Virus record (IMG/VR): IMGVR_UViG_3300022777_000105
Span: 1 to 38,502 of that record
Source of the DNA: a virus
Lineage: Duplodnaviria; Caudoviricetes
DNA length: 38,502 nt
Direction: 5' to 3' (one strand)
A program made the position numbers and the translations under genes. The notes under the pieces are model-generated. The model was given only the letters and a program-made list of their open reading frames with translations, was not told the origin of the DNA and ran no database searches. How positions within the stretch are numbered: position 1 is the first letter of the stretch; each line of letters opens with the position of its first letter. Positions 9,145-17,594 of the stretch are shown here, in pieces.

Positions 9145-10185
9145 ATGGATACGAACCCCAGTCTGGAGCCCAAGACCAAGGAGTTGTGGGCCGGCATCCG
9201 GTCCACGACGTCCAAGCAGTCGACCATCCAGCGGTACATCACGGAACTCCGGTCACGAGTCAGTGGCATCGTGGCGTTGCAGGCGATGCTCGAACAGTCA
9301 TCGACCGACAGTTTCAGCGCCTACGAGACGGAACTCAAAAGCAAGACCGACGTCCGCGCCGTCAGTGACAGCGACGCCGAGGAAGCCCGCGACATCGTGG
9401 AAAACGAGAGTTCATTCAGTTCCTACAGCGACTACGCGGGCGATGCCGGCAACGGGACTGGCGTCCACAACCAGAGTGACTACGACGCCTATCGGGGCTA
9501 TCTGACGAGCAACGGCGTCGGAAACGTGGATGCCGACGTTCACAACCGGACGATCAAGCGACTCTACACCCCTGGAGATACGTTCATCGACCAGGTGGTC
9601 AACGAGAGCACGAGTTTCGACGAGTTAGAGACGTGGCTGGATAACCAGGGGTTCGCCAGCGAGGACGCCACGGCGTTCCGCGACGAACTCGAAGGCGAGT
9701 TCGCAGACTGGAGTTCCTTCGAGACGTTTCTCGACAACGCCGACAGCATCGAAGCGTTGCTTGATCGGTACGCGCACACCGAGACTGCGACCACGGGCAT
9801 CGAGTACGACGAAGATACCGGGACGCTGTACTTGCGCTACGAGACCGAACTCCGGATGCAACAGTGGCCCAGTGAGAGCGTCGACAACCCCGACGAGACG
9901 GCCAGCATCTCGTTTAGTAACGTGTCAGTCTCCGATACGACACCCGTGGTGGACACGGAGATCACGGTCTCGGCGGATGCCACCAACAGCGGTGGCAGTG
10001 CGGGGACAGCGGGGTCGGTGCTCGTCGTCAACAACGCGACGCGGGACTGGCAGACGGTGGACGTCCCGGCCAACAGCACGCGCACCGTCCGCTATACGGT
10101 GTCCTTCGACAGTGTGGGCGAGTACGACGTCCGCGTGAACGACGCCAGCACAGTAACCGTGACGGCCATCCCGCCGAATATCTGA
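9145..10185 (+). CDS. tail protein with C-terminal CARDB/Ig-like domain
   Basis: ITVSADATNSGGSAG...FDSVGEYDVRVN is CARDB-like. Confidence 0.6.
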   Translation: MDTNPSLEPKTKELWAGIRSTTSKQSTIQRYITELRSRVSGIVALQAMLEQSSTDSFSAYETELKSKTDVRAVSDSDAEEARDIVENESSFSSYSDYAGDAGNGTGVHNQSDYDAYRGYLTSNGVGNVDADVHNRTIKRLYTPGDTFIDQVVNESTSFDELETWLDNQGFASEDATAFRDELEGEFADWSSFETFLDNADSIEALLDRYAHTETATTGIEYDEDTGTLYLRYETELRMQQWPSESVDNPDETASISFSNVSVSDTTPVVDTEITVSADATNSGGSAGTAGSVLVVNNATRDWQTVDVPANSTRTVRYTVSFDSVGEYDVRVNDASTVTVTAIPPNI

Positions 10186-11369
10186 TGACGACCGACAGCA
10201 CCATCCTCGTCAACGGGTCGGAGTTGGCTGTCGGCAGTCCCGTTGAGAACAGCACGGTCTATGCGAACGATACGCTGGTCGATGACGGCGACGACTCAAC
10301 GGAGGTATTTATCAACGACCGCGGCATCGGCGCTGGTGCAGTCATTGACACCGTGTATTTCGGCAGTTTCGACAACGATGTGTATGCAGTCAACCCCAGC
10401 GACGGCTCGCAGCGGTGGTCATATTCAACCGGGGCCGGCATTGAGTCGTCGCCCGCGGTCGCTGATGGCACCGTCTATATCGGGAGCAACGACAACAAAG
10501 TCCACGCGATTGATGACTCGGATGGGACAGAACAATGGACAACGACAACCGGCGGGTCGGTGGTGTCGTCGCCGGCTGTTATTGACGGGACGGTATACGT
10601 CGGCAGCAACGACAACACCGTCTATGCGCTGGCGGCCAGTGACGGGTCCCAAGAGTGGAGTTTTTCGACGGGCAACACCGTTGTCTCGTCGCCGGCAGTG
10701 GTAGACGGCACCGTCTACATCGGAAGCTACGATAATAATGTGTATGCGCTGGCGGCCAGTGACGGGTCCCAAGAGTGGAGTTTTTCGACGGGCGATTTAG
10801 TGCGATCCAGCCCTGCCGTTGTGGATGGGACGGTATACGTCGGCAGCGACGACGGGAACGTGTATGCGCTGGCGGCCAGTGACGGGTCCCAAACGTGGGC
10901 GACCGCGACCGGCGACGACGTGGCGACCCATCCAGCAGTGTCGGGCGGGAGTGTCATCGTCGGTAATAACGGCGGCGATGTCTACTCTCTTGCAGCCAGC
11001 GATGGGTCTCAGGAGTGGACGTTTACAACAGGCGCGATAGCTGTGTTGTCAAACCCGACCGTCGTTGATAGTTCTGTGTTTATCGGCGACCAGGACGGAA
11101 CTATCTACTCTCTTGCAGCCAGCGACGGCTCCGAGGAGTGGAGTGTATCAACGGGCGACACAATCCGGAGTAGTCCGGCCCACATATCCGGCGTGGTCCA
11201 CACCGGCTCAGATGATAGTAGCGTGTACGCCCTGAACACGAGCGACGGCTCTCAAAAATGGACGTTTTCGACGGGCGGGCTTGTGAAATCATCCCCCATC
11301 GGCGGGGCTGATGGATGGGCGTTTACGAACCGACCCGGCCGATTGAATGAAAACGCGGACCCGCTCTAA
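10185..11369 (+). CDS. PQQ/BamB-like beta-propeller virion protein
   Basis: About eight 40-aa repeats SSPAVVDGTVYVGSxDxxVYALxASDGSQEW. Confidence 0.85.
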   Translation: MTTDSTILVNGSELAVGSPVENSTVYANDTLVDDGDDSTEVFINDRGIGAGAVIDTVYFGSFDNDVYAVNPSDGSQRWSYSTGAGIESSPAVADGTVYIGSNDNKVHAIDDSDGTEQWTTTTGGSVVSSPAVIDGTVYVGSNDNTVYALAASDGSQEWSFSTGNTVVSSPAVVDGTVYIGSYDNNVYALAASDGSQEWSFSTGDLVRSSPAVVDGTVYVGSDDGNVYALAASDGSQTWATATGDDVATHPAVSGGSVIVGNNGGDVYSLAASDGSQEWTFTTGAIAVLSNPTVVDSSVFIGDQDGTIYSLAASDGSEEWSVSTGDTIRSSPAHISGVVHTGSDDSSVYALNTSDGSQKWTFSTGGLVKSSPIGGADGWAFTNRPGRLNENADPL

Positions 11370-12289
11370 TGCCACGCGACATCACCGACGAAGTCAAGGC
11401 CAACCGCCAGGGCGTCGGGCGGGCACTCGCCAGCGACCGCGAGCCCCCGACGAACACCGAGCGCACGCTGACGACAGCGCCGGTGCCCGTCGATGTGTCC
11501 GTCACCGTCACCGTCTACACGCGCCGGCTGAACGACTCACTCATCGTGGGCCATCCCGACGGCGGGACGCACGGCATCGGTCGGGGCACGCTCGGCGACC
11601 ATCGGGGCGCGTGGACCCAGCAGGACCAGACCACCACATCGCTCGCCCACGACGGGCAGCGCGCCATCGCCGAGGCGCTGACCGGCAGCAACGTCACGGT
11701 CGCCGAGGCGTCGGTCGGCGATGGCACTGTCAACGCGTGGCAGATCGACGACGCCAACGACACCACACGCGCCCGGTCGAGTTATCGGTTCAACGAGTCC
11801 CCCGACTCCATTACGACGCCCGAGTTGCAGGACTCCGCCGGCCGGACGATGCTGACGGCGAGTCTCGGCGGCGTCTCGGCGGACGAAACCGTCGAAGCGC
11901 GGGCGGACTTCTCGCTGACGTTTTCGGACGCCAGCGGGAGTGACGCCGCCATCACGGACCTGGGCACCATCGTGGATGCGCTGGCGGACAACGGCGACAC
12001 CCGACTCCAGTCGCTGGCGGTCGGGACTGACAGCACCAGCCCCACACAATCCGATACCGGCCTGGGCGACCAGAAGCTCGAAAAGGACGCCCAACAGTCC
12101 GCCGTCGGGTCGGTCGCCCGCCTGTCGATTATCGCGTTCCGGTCGGAGCCGGGCAGCCAACCCCACGACTTCGTGGAACTCGCGTTGTTCGACGACACCG
12201 ACACCCAGATCGCCCGTCTCGTGTTCGGCGCGGAAACCAAAGACGACCGCATCCGACTCCGGGTGCGGGGCGGGATCGACATCCAATAA
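11369..12289 (+). CDS. baseplate/tail-collar protein
   Basis: LAVGTDSTSPTQSDTGLG...ELALFD...IARLVF resembles DUF3751-like fibre N-terminal domains. Confidence 0.6.
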   Translation: MPRDITDEVKANRQGVGRALASDREPPTNTERTLTTAPVPVDVSVTVTVYTRRLNDSLIVGHPDGGTHGIGRGTLGDHRGAWTQQDQTTTSLAHDGQRAIAEALTGSNVTVAEASVGDGTVNAWQIDDANDTTRARSSYRFNESPDSITTPELQDSAGRTMLTASLGGVSADETVEARADFSLTFSDASGSDAAITDLGTIVDALADNGDTRLQSLAVGTDSTSPTQSDTGLGDQKLEKDAQQSAVGSVARLSIIAFRSEPGSQPHDFVELALFDDTDTQIARLVFGAETKDDRIRLRVRGGIDIQ

Positions 12290-12291
12290 TT

Positions 12292-14706
12292 ATGCCAACA
12301 TCACCAGCCATCGACGCGAACGGACAACCGCTGTTTGACATCCAACTCCGGGCGCTCTCGGAGGGTCGTGACGGCAACGGCGTCGCCGGGCAGAGTGACC
12401 TGAAAGTCACCGACGGGACCGGCGACAACGAGAGTGACATCGCCAGTGGGACGGCCTACTATGATGGGTCATCGGGGTCCATCGGCAGCACGACAACCAA
12501 GACCCACAGCGACGGCGACGGCAGTAACGACCGCTGGGACCTGATTGCCTTCGACGTCTCCAGCGACTCCGTTGTCTTGCGCGAGGGGACGGCCGCCGCC
12601 GACCCGGTGCCGCCGGACTTGCAGAGTAACGAGGTGCTGCTGGCACTCGTCTATATCGAAAGCAGTCAGACCGACTTTGGGAGTGGCGACATCGTCAACT
12701 GGCGGATACTCGGCGGGACGGGCATCGTTGCCAGCAACGGCGGGACCACAGTCGTCGACCGTGTGACCGAGATCGACGCGAAGGCCGGGCTCACAGGCTC
12801 CGATGACAGCGGCGGCGTCTATGGACTCAAACTGACGAACGATACCGTCACGGTCGCTGGGAATAGCGTGCCACTCGGCGGCTCGTCGGCCATCGACCAC
12901 GCGGACCTGTCGAACATCGGCGCGAACGACCACCACCAGGACCCCGCCGCCGGCACCGGACTCACGGACGAGGGCACCAACCAGTTCGGCATCGCAAGCA
13001 GCGGCGTCACGACGACCGAGCTGGACCTGTCCATCGCGCCGACATGGACCGGGACGCACACGTTCACCGACGGAAGTGTCGCGCTCGACCTTGGCGACCA
13101 GGCTGCCGATCCCAGCGCGAATGGGGAGATAACCCGCAACGGGACGGACGTCAAAATCCACTCCGGCGGAAGCGTCAAGAACGTCTCGAATATCGGCGGC
13201 GGCAGTACGTCGCCCGGCGGGTCGGACACACAGTTGCAGTACAACAACGGCGGGTCGTTCGGTGGCATCAGTGGGTTCACCTACGATGGGAGCAACCTCT
13301 CCGCCATTCCGGGCCTGGATGCGACGTTTCAACTCATCGACCAAGCTGCGGACCCGTCTGCGAACGGAGAGATACAGCGCAACGGCACCGACGTCAAGGT
13401 CTACACCGGCGGTACGGTTCGGAACCTCTCGCTAAATAGCGTCACCGTCGCGGGCAATAGCGTGCCACTCGGCGGCAGTACGGCCGTTGACTACATCGAC
13501 CTCAACGACACAGGTAGCAGTTTCCCGATCCCCAACAGCGACCTCTCAAACAGCAGCGTTACGGTCGCTGGCAATAGTGTCTCGTTGGGTGGGTCGACAA
13601 CGGTCGATTATGTCGACCTCAACGATACAGGGTCATCGTTCCCCATCCCCAACGCGGACATCAGCAACTCGTCAGTGACCGTCGCCGGGAACAGCATCAG
13701 TCTCGGCGGGTCGTCAAGTATCGACCACGCGGACCTGTCGAGTGTCACCGCCAACCAGCACCACCAAGACCCGACTGCTGGCACCGGCATCACGGACGAA
13801 GGGACCAACCAGTTTGGCATTAGTAGCGGCGGCGTCACGACGACGGAGCTGGATTTGAGTATCACGCCGACGTGGACAGGCACACACGTGTGGGACACCG
13901 GGGCGAACGCCAACCTCCAGGTAGACGAGTCGGGCATCTACTATAGCACGTCGAACGCCGAGGCGCTGGACATCCGTAACGCCGGCACCGGCAGCGTGGA
14001 CCTGCAAACCGACGGCGCCAGCGTTGTCGACGAGAACCGCACCCTCTCGACGGGCAACGCACTCACTGGCGGCGGCGACCTGTCGAGTGACCGGACGTTC
14101 GACGTGACGACGTCACCCAGCACCGACACGCCCGTCGGGACGACGCGCACCCTGACCGGCGGCCACGCCATTCAGTCGGTCGGGGACCTCTCGACTGACC
14201 GTACGGTGGCCGTCGATGCGACCGACCTCTCGGGCGACGGACTCAAAGACTCTGGCAGTTCCACGGCGTTAGACATCGAACCCGCAGACTTCGCGGGCAA
14301 CGCCTTGGAGGACGACGGCAGCGATGACCTGGCGGTGTCGAGTGACAGCATCAACACTGATGAGCTGGCGAGTGGCGCGGTCACGGACACCGAGGTCTCC
14401 TCGTCGACGAGCATCTCGCGTGATAAACTCCAAGGCAAGTGGACGACCGTCACCAAGACCAGCAACTACACGGCGGCGAACTACGAGAACGTGCTCGCGG
14501 ACGCATCCAGCAGTGCGCTGACGGTGACGCTGCCCGCCGCGGCGACGGACCTGATGGTGACGGTCAAGGCGACCGACGCGACCAACACGGTCACGATTGC
14601 GACGCCCAACAGCGAGACCATCGACGGCGACAGCAACCGGGCCATCGACCAGGACAACGTGAGCCTGACGATCACCAGCGACGGCAGCAACTACTTCATC
14701 GTGTAA
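12292..14706 (+). CDS. long tail fibre with internal repeats
   Basis: 804 aa; N-terminal DRWDLI...ADPVPPDL...LLALVYI anchor, VTVAGNSxxLGGS x4, duplicated blocks, C-terminal TVTLP...ETIDG...SDGSNYFIV domain. Confidence 0.8.
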   Translation: MPTSPAIDANGQPLFDIQLRALSEGRDGNGVAGQSDLKVTDGTGDNESDIASGTAYYDGSSGSIGSTTTKTHSDGDGSNDRWDLIAFDVSSDSVVLREGTAAADPVPPDLQSNEVLLALVYIESSQTDFGSGDIVNWRILGGTGIVASNGGTTVVDRVTEIDAKAGLTGSDDSGGVYGLKLTNDTVTVAGNSVPLGGSSAIDHADLSNIGANDHHQDPAAGTGLTDEGTNQFGIASSGVTTTELDLSIAPTWTGTHTFTDGSVALDLGDQAADPSANGEITRNGTDVKIHSGGSVKNVSNIGGGSTSPGGSDTQLQYNNGGSFGGISGFTYDGSNLSAIPGLDATFQLIDQAADPSANGEIQRNGTDVKVYTGGTVRNLSLNSVTVAGNSVPLGGSTAVDYIDLNDTGSSFPIPNSDLSNSSVTVAGNSVSLGGSTTVDYVDLNDTGSSFPIPNADISNSSVTVAGNSISLGGSSSIDHADLSSVTANQHHQDPTAGTGITDEGTNQFGISSGGVTTTELDLSITPTWTGTHVWDTGANANLQVDESGIYYSTSNAEALDIRNAGTGSVDLQTDGASVVDENRTLSTGNALTGGGDLSSDRTFDVTTSPSTDTPVGTTRTLTGGHAIQSVGDLSTDRTVAVDATDLSGDGLKDSGSSTALDIEPADFAGNALEDDGSDDLAVSSDSINTDELASGAVTDTEVSSSTSISRDKLQGKWTTVTKTSNYTAANYENVLADASSSALTVTLPAAATDLMVTVKATDATNTVTIATPNSETIDGDSNRAIDQDNVSLTITSDGSNYFIV

Positions 14707-14707
14707 C

Positions 14708-15187
14708 ATGACTTACCATCCAACAGACTCCGACGACGACGGCACCGTCGAGGCAGACGTGGACAACACGAACACTGACGCGGCCAACCTCGGCAACAAC
14801 GGGTCAGCTGTCTCGGTCGGCGACGACCTGGACCTCCAGAGCAACCAAGAGGTCAAAAATGCCTCGGCGGTCAGTACAGACAAACAAAACATCAAAAGCA
14901 GTACTATCCAGTCAATAACGATAGATGGAGATTCGTCGGCAACTTTGTCGTTTGAAGATAATAACGGGTTACTGATAGTTTCAAAAGTATCTGGAGGGTC
15001 TGAGTCAGGCCTGTATCTCATTAAGGGTGGCGAAGACTCGGTTGAAAAAGTTGGAGGCTCAAGTACCTTCGTCAACTCAGCACCATCGAGTGACGAGGTT
15101 GGAGTTTACCATGACGGCTCGGACTATATTCTTGAGGATAATGATAGTGGGACCTTCGAAGTAACTGCTACATACGTCGGTAGGTAA
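14708..15187 (+). CDS. small tail-tip/adhesin-like protein with AT-rich C-terminal part
   Basis: 159 aa, last gene of the late operon; DNA becomes visibly AT-rich after about 14880. Confidence 0.55.
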   Translation: MTYHPTDSDDDGTVEADVDNTNTDAANLGNNGSAVSVGDDLDLQSNQEVKNASAVSTDKQNIKSSTIQSITIDGDSSATLSFEDNNGLLIVSKVSGGSESGLYLIKGGEDSVEKVGGSSTFVNSAPSSDEVGVYHDGSDYILEDNDSGTFEVTATYVGR

Positions 15188-15370
15188 TGAGGTCTTGTAA
15201 CTGGATAATTCTCCCCAGCGCGCCTGAAAAATAGGCGGACAGGACAATACTATTCTCCTGATAGTTAACCGCCCAGTCCCAACAGTGTCGCCGGGAGTGG
15301 ATCGACTGCAGCGCCTTCCGGGTCCGGTCGCCCGAACGCCGGACGTTTCTCGCCGGGACTCAGAAACCGC

Positions 15371-15386
15371 CCAGAGGCATCTCTGG
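15371..15386. terminator. hairpin between convergent operons
   Basis: CCAGAG-gcat-CTCTGG just past the stop of the minus-strand operon. Confidence 0.3.
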
Positions 15387-15389
15387 CGA

Positions 15390-15674
15390 TTAGTCAGTGT
15401 CCGTGTCTACTGATCGACACTCTCTGAGATGTTCAGCCGCAGTGCGGGACTTGATGAACCGATCTCCACAACTGCACTCGTATGACCTACGTAATTCTTC
15501 TACTACATCCAGACCAGCCCCAACATACCGTTTCTCTCCGATTAAGTTGACGTGCTCCTTCTTACCGAGTAGGCGGTCAGGGTCCGCTACATCACCTTGA
15601 TGTTTGAGGACCTTCGTGATAGTGATGATGTGTTCAGTCCCGTCTGAAGACTGACCGGCCGCGCCGTCACGCAT
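15390..15674 (-). CDS. cassette-borne C2H2-like zinc protein (94 aa)
   Basis: MRDGAAGQSSDGTEH...YECSCGDRF...AAEHLRECRSVDTDTD; start lies in the junction repeat. Confidence 0.6.
   Translation of the reverse strand: MRDGAAGQSSDGTEHIITITKVLKHQGDVADPDRLLGKKEHVNLIGEKRYVGAGLDVVEELRRSYECSCGDRFIKSRTAAEHLRECRSVDTDTD
15392..15415 (-). repeat. cassette 1 downstream (R-type) palindromic site
   Basis: Minus strand GATCAGTA-GACACGGA-CACTGACT. Confidence 0.6.
15632..15656 (-). repeat. cassette 1 upstream (L-type) palindromic site
   Basis: Minus strand GGTCAGTC-TTCAGACGG-GACTGAAC. Confidence 0.65.
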
Positions 15675-15885
15675 CGTCCGATCCCTCCCGTGGGTCCCCG
15701 ACACGCGCGCCGTGGCCGCCGAGCACCACCGCCGGATCGACACGACCGTTGTTCCATTCGAGATCGCGCACCTCGGCCCCGACGCAATCGTGGATCGCGC
15801 CGCTCCCGATGAAGTGGACTGCCCGGTCGCCGTCAACGTCGTCGAGAAACGCGCGGAGATCGGCGACGGTTAGCGGCTCAGGCAT
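15667..15885 (-). CDS. hypothetical protein (72 aa, ends EGSDDA)
   Basis: MPEPLTVADLRAFLDD...; GGAGG RBS in junction repeat. Confidence 0.65.
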   Translation of the reverse strand: MPEPLTVADLRAFLDDVDGDRAVHFIGSGAIHDCVGAEVRDLEWNNGRVDPAVVLGGHGARVGDPREGSDDA

Positions 15886-16077
15886 CGTCCGATCCCTCCG
15901 CGTGGTCGACCCTGAACGATACGTCGACGTCTGTCGACCTCCAGTCGACGGCATCAAATTCTGTGTCGAAGATCCCAACGACCGCGTCCAGTTCTTCAAT
16001 CACGTCCAGTATCTCGCCGACAGTCTCATACCGTTCCTCGTGTGGCGTTTCAGACTCAGGCATCGTCCGATCCCTCC
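15671..16077 (-). repeat. three identical 18-bp gene-junction repeats GGAGGGATCGGACGATGC
   Basis: Plus-strand GCATCGTCCGATCCCTCC at 15671-15688, 15882-15899 and 16060-16077. Confidence 0.9.
15878..16063 (-). CDS. hypothetical acidic protein (61 aa, ends EGSDDA)
   Basis: MPESETPHEERYE...; GGAGG RBS in junction repeat. Confidence 0.65.
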   Translation of the reverse strand: MPESETPHEERYETVGEILDVIEELDAVVGIFDTEFDAVDWRSTDVDVSFRVDHAEGSDDA

Positions 16078-16544
16078 AGCACCCGCGCAACGTCTTCGAC
16101 GGCGGTTCGGCCGGGCACATCATCGGGGAGTTCGGCAAGCGCACGAGCGGCCGCCTGGCGCGCGTCTGCGACGACGTCTGGATCGACGCCGTCCGCCGCT
16201 GCGAGTTCGTCACGGCAGTCTTCGAGCGCAGCCTGGAGATCGTCGCGTTCGTCGCGTAGCTCGTCGAGCTGCTCGCGGAGTGTGGCGACGTCGTCTGTGT
16301 CGGCGGCGTCCCCGCGCGGGTCGTTGCGGAGTTCGTACACGCCAGTTTCATCAAGGTTCTCCAGGTGGTCGTGTTCTTCGAGCCGGCGGAGGCGCTGATT
16401 GATGTAGCCCGCGCTGGGGACGTCGTCAGCGTCGCGGACCTTCTGCAACCGCCCCCGGAGGAGCTTTGGTGTTGAGCGATTCCGCGCAAGTTCGTCAAGC
16501 AACCACTCATCGAGGTCGTTCAATTGCCGTGGTTCCAAGCTCAT
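16056..16544 (-). CDS. winged-HTH repressor (phiH1 repressor-like) with coiled-coil tail
   Basis: LNDLDEWLLDEL...STPKLL...YINQRLRRLEEHDHLENL..GVYEL; divergent from the early operon. Confidence 0.65.
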   Translation of the reverse strand: MSLEPRQLNDLDEWLLDELARNRSTPKLLRGRLQKVRDADDVPSAGYINQRLRRLEEHDHLENLDETGVYELRNDPRGDAADTDDVATLREQLDELRDERDDLQAALEDCRDELAAADGVDPDVVADARQAAARALAELPDDVPGRTAVEDVARVLEGSDDA

Positions 16545-16569
16545 CAGTGGGTGTGTGTTGCGTGGCACG

Positions 16570-16670
16570 GGTGTTAGTTGTACCCATTAGTATAATAAAT
16601 TTGTGCCACTAACTTGTTCACCGAGTTAGGATACCTAACATTTATATACTATGCACCCGTATGTATAGAT
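16570..16670. promoter_or_regulatory. divergent promoter/operator region
   Basis: AT-rich; rightward TTTATATA 16641-16648, leftward TATA (rc of 16591-16600), palindrome GTTAGG-ATA-CCTAAC 16625-16639. Confidence 0.65.
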
Positions 16671-16743
16671 AGGAAGCGCGGGACGCCGGGAAAATCCGGC
16701 CGGTGTTTCAGGCACCGACCGCGCTCCTCGGAGTTGAGAAGCA

Positions 16744-16917
16744 ATGGCGACTACGCAATCCACGACTGAAACGGTTTCGGAACCGAGTATCGAACGCACC
16801 TACGGCACGAACGCCTACGGCGACCGCTACGCCTACCACGTCTGTACGGGCTGTGACGTCGAGGCCGGCGCGCGCTGGCAGGTTCGGGTCGAGTGTACCT
16901 GCGGTGGTCAGGCATGA
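16744..16917 (+). CDS. 57-aa Cys-rich microprotein
   Basis: MATTQSTT...HVCTGC...ECTCGGQA; first gene after promoter, ATGA-coupled to next. Confidence 0.55.
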   Translation: MATTQSTTETVSEPSIERTYGTNAYGDRYAYHVCTGCDVEAGARWQVRVECTCGGQA

Positions 16918-17030
16918 GCAAATGGACGCGCGACGCCGACGAGCTGGAGCGCGAGATCGCGCGGGCGCTCATCATTCAGGAGTACCACGACGACGAACAG
17001 GCGACCGACCACATCGGGCGGGACTGGTAA
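16914..17030 (+). CDS. 38-aa hypothetical protein
   Basis: MSKWTRDADELEREIARALIIQEYHDDEQATDHIGRDW. Confidence 0.5.
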   Translation: MSKWTRDADELEREIARALIIQEYHDDEQATDHIGRDW

Positions 17031-17032
17031 CA

Positions 17033-17191
17033 ATGACTTATCAAGCAGACTGCAAGGACTGCGGGTACACGGCGGAGTTCGCACACGAATCGAGCGCAGA
17101 GCGCGCGCAGTATCAGCACGAGGGGCAGACGGCCCACGAGGTCGCTGTCGACGAAGTGACCGACGACTCGACGGGGGTGCAGGACCTGTGA
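17033..17191 (+). CDS. 52-aa C2H2-like zinc microprotein
   Basis: CKDCG...HEGQTAH. Confidence 0.6.
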   Translation: MTYQADCKDCGYTAEFAHESSAERAQYQHEGQTAHEVAVDEVTDDSTGVQDL

Positions 17192-17376
17192 CGGGCGTTG
17201 CGACGACGTTCGACGCAGTACTGTCCTACGGCGACGACTGCCCGGTCTGTGGTCGAGCGGTCAAGAGTACCGTCGAAGGTGGCAACGGGACCAGAGCATA
17301 CAACAGCGAGTGTTCGCAGTTCGACACCGATAACGCTCGCGTGCGGTACATCTTCCACCAAGAGGGTCCGAAATGA
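17188..17376 (+). CDS. CPxCG zinc-finger microprotein
   Basis: CPVCG; overlapping start/stop on both sides. Confidence 0.55.
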   Translation: MTGVATTFDAVLSYGDDCPVCGRAVKSTVEGGNGTRAYNSECSQFDTDNARVRYIFHQEGPK

Positions 17377-17594
17377 CGGACGCCACGCACCACATCAACG
17401 AGTCGGCGGACAAGATCACGGTCAAAACGAAAGTCACCAGGGGCGAGGGTACGCGCGACCAGGACAAGCTCGACGTCAAGGTAAAGGGCGACGACCCCGA
17501 CGACGTCGTCGCGCGGTTGAACGCAGTGCTGTCAAACCTGGAGGACACGGCCGACGACCTGCGGGCGATGCAGCCCGGTGATGACGATGAGTGA
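17373..17594 (+). CDS. small halovirus-type protein
   Basis: KTKVTRGEGTRDQDKLDVKVKG followed by a helix. Confidence 0.6.
   Translation: MTDATHHINESADKITVKTKVTRGEGTRDQDKLDVKVKGDDPDDVVARLNAVLSNLEDTADDLRAMQPGDDDE

Noticed and set aside
10600-10900. DGR template/variable repeat pair
   Set aside because: Copies are in-frame propeller blades, differences are not adenine-specific and there is no reverse transcriptase
12292-15187. phiCh1-type invertible tail fibre locus
   Set aside because: No inverted second fibre copy and no adjacent invertase
15671-16077. CRISPR-like array
   Set aside because: Only three 18-bp repeats separated by 160-190 bp whole genes; no cas genes
16675-16725. True tRNA gene
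   Set aside because: No anticodon arm and too short; kept only as a structured leader
17010-17030. Further cassette L site (GGGCGGGACTGG)
   Set aside because: Only a partial right arm and no partner R site found
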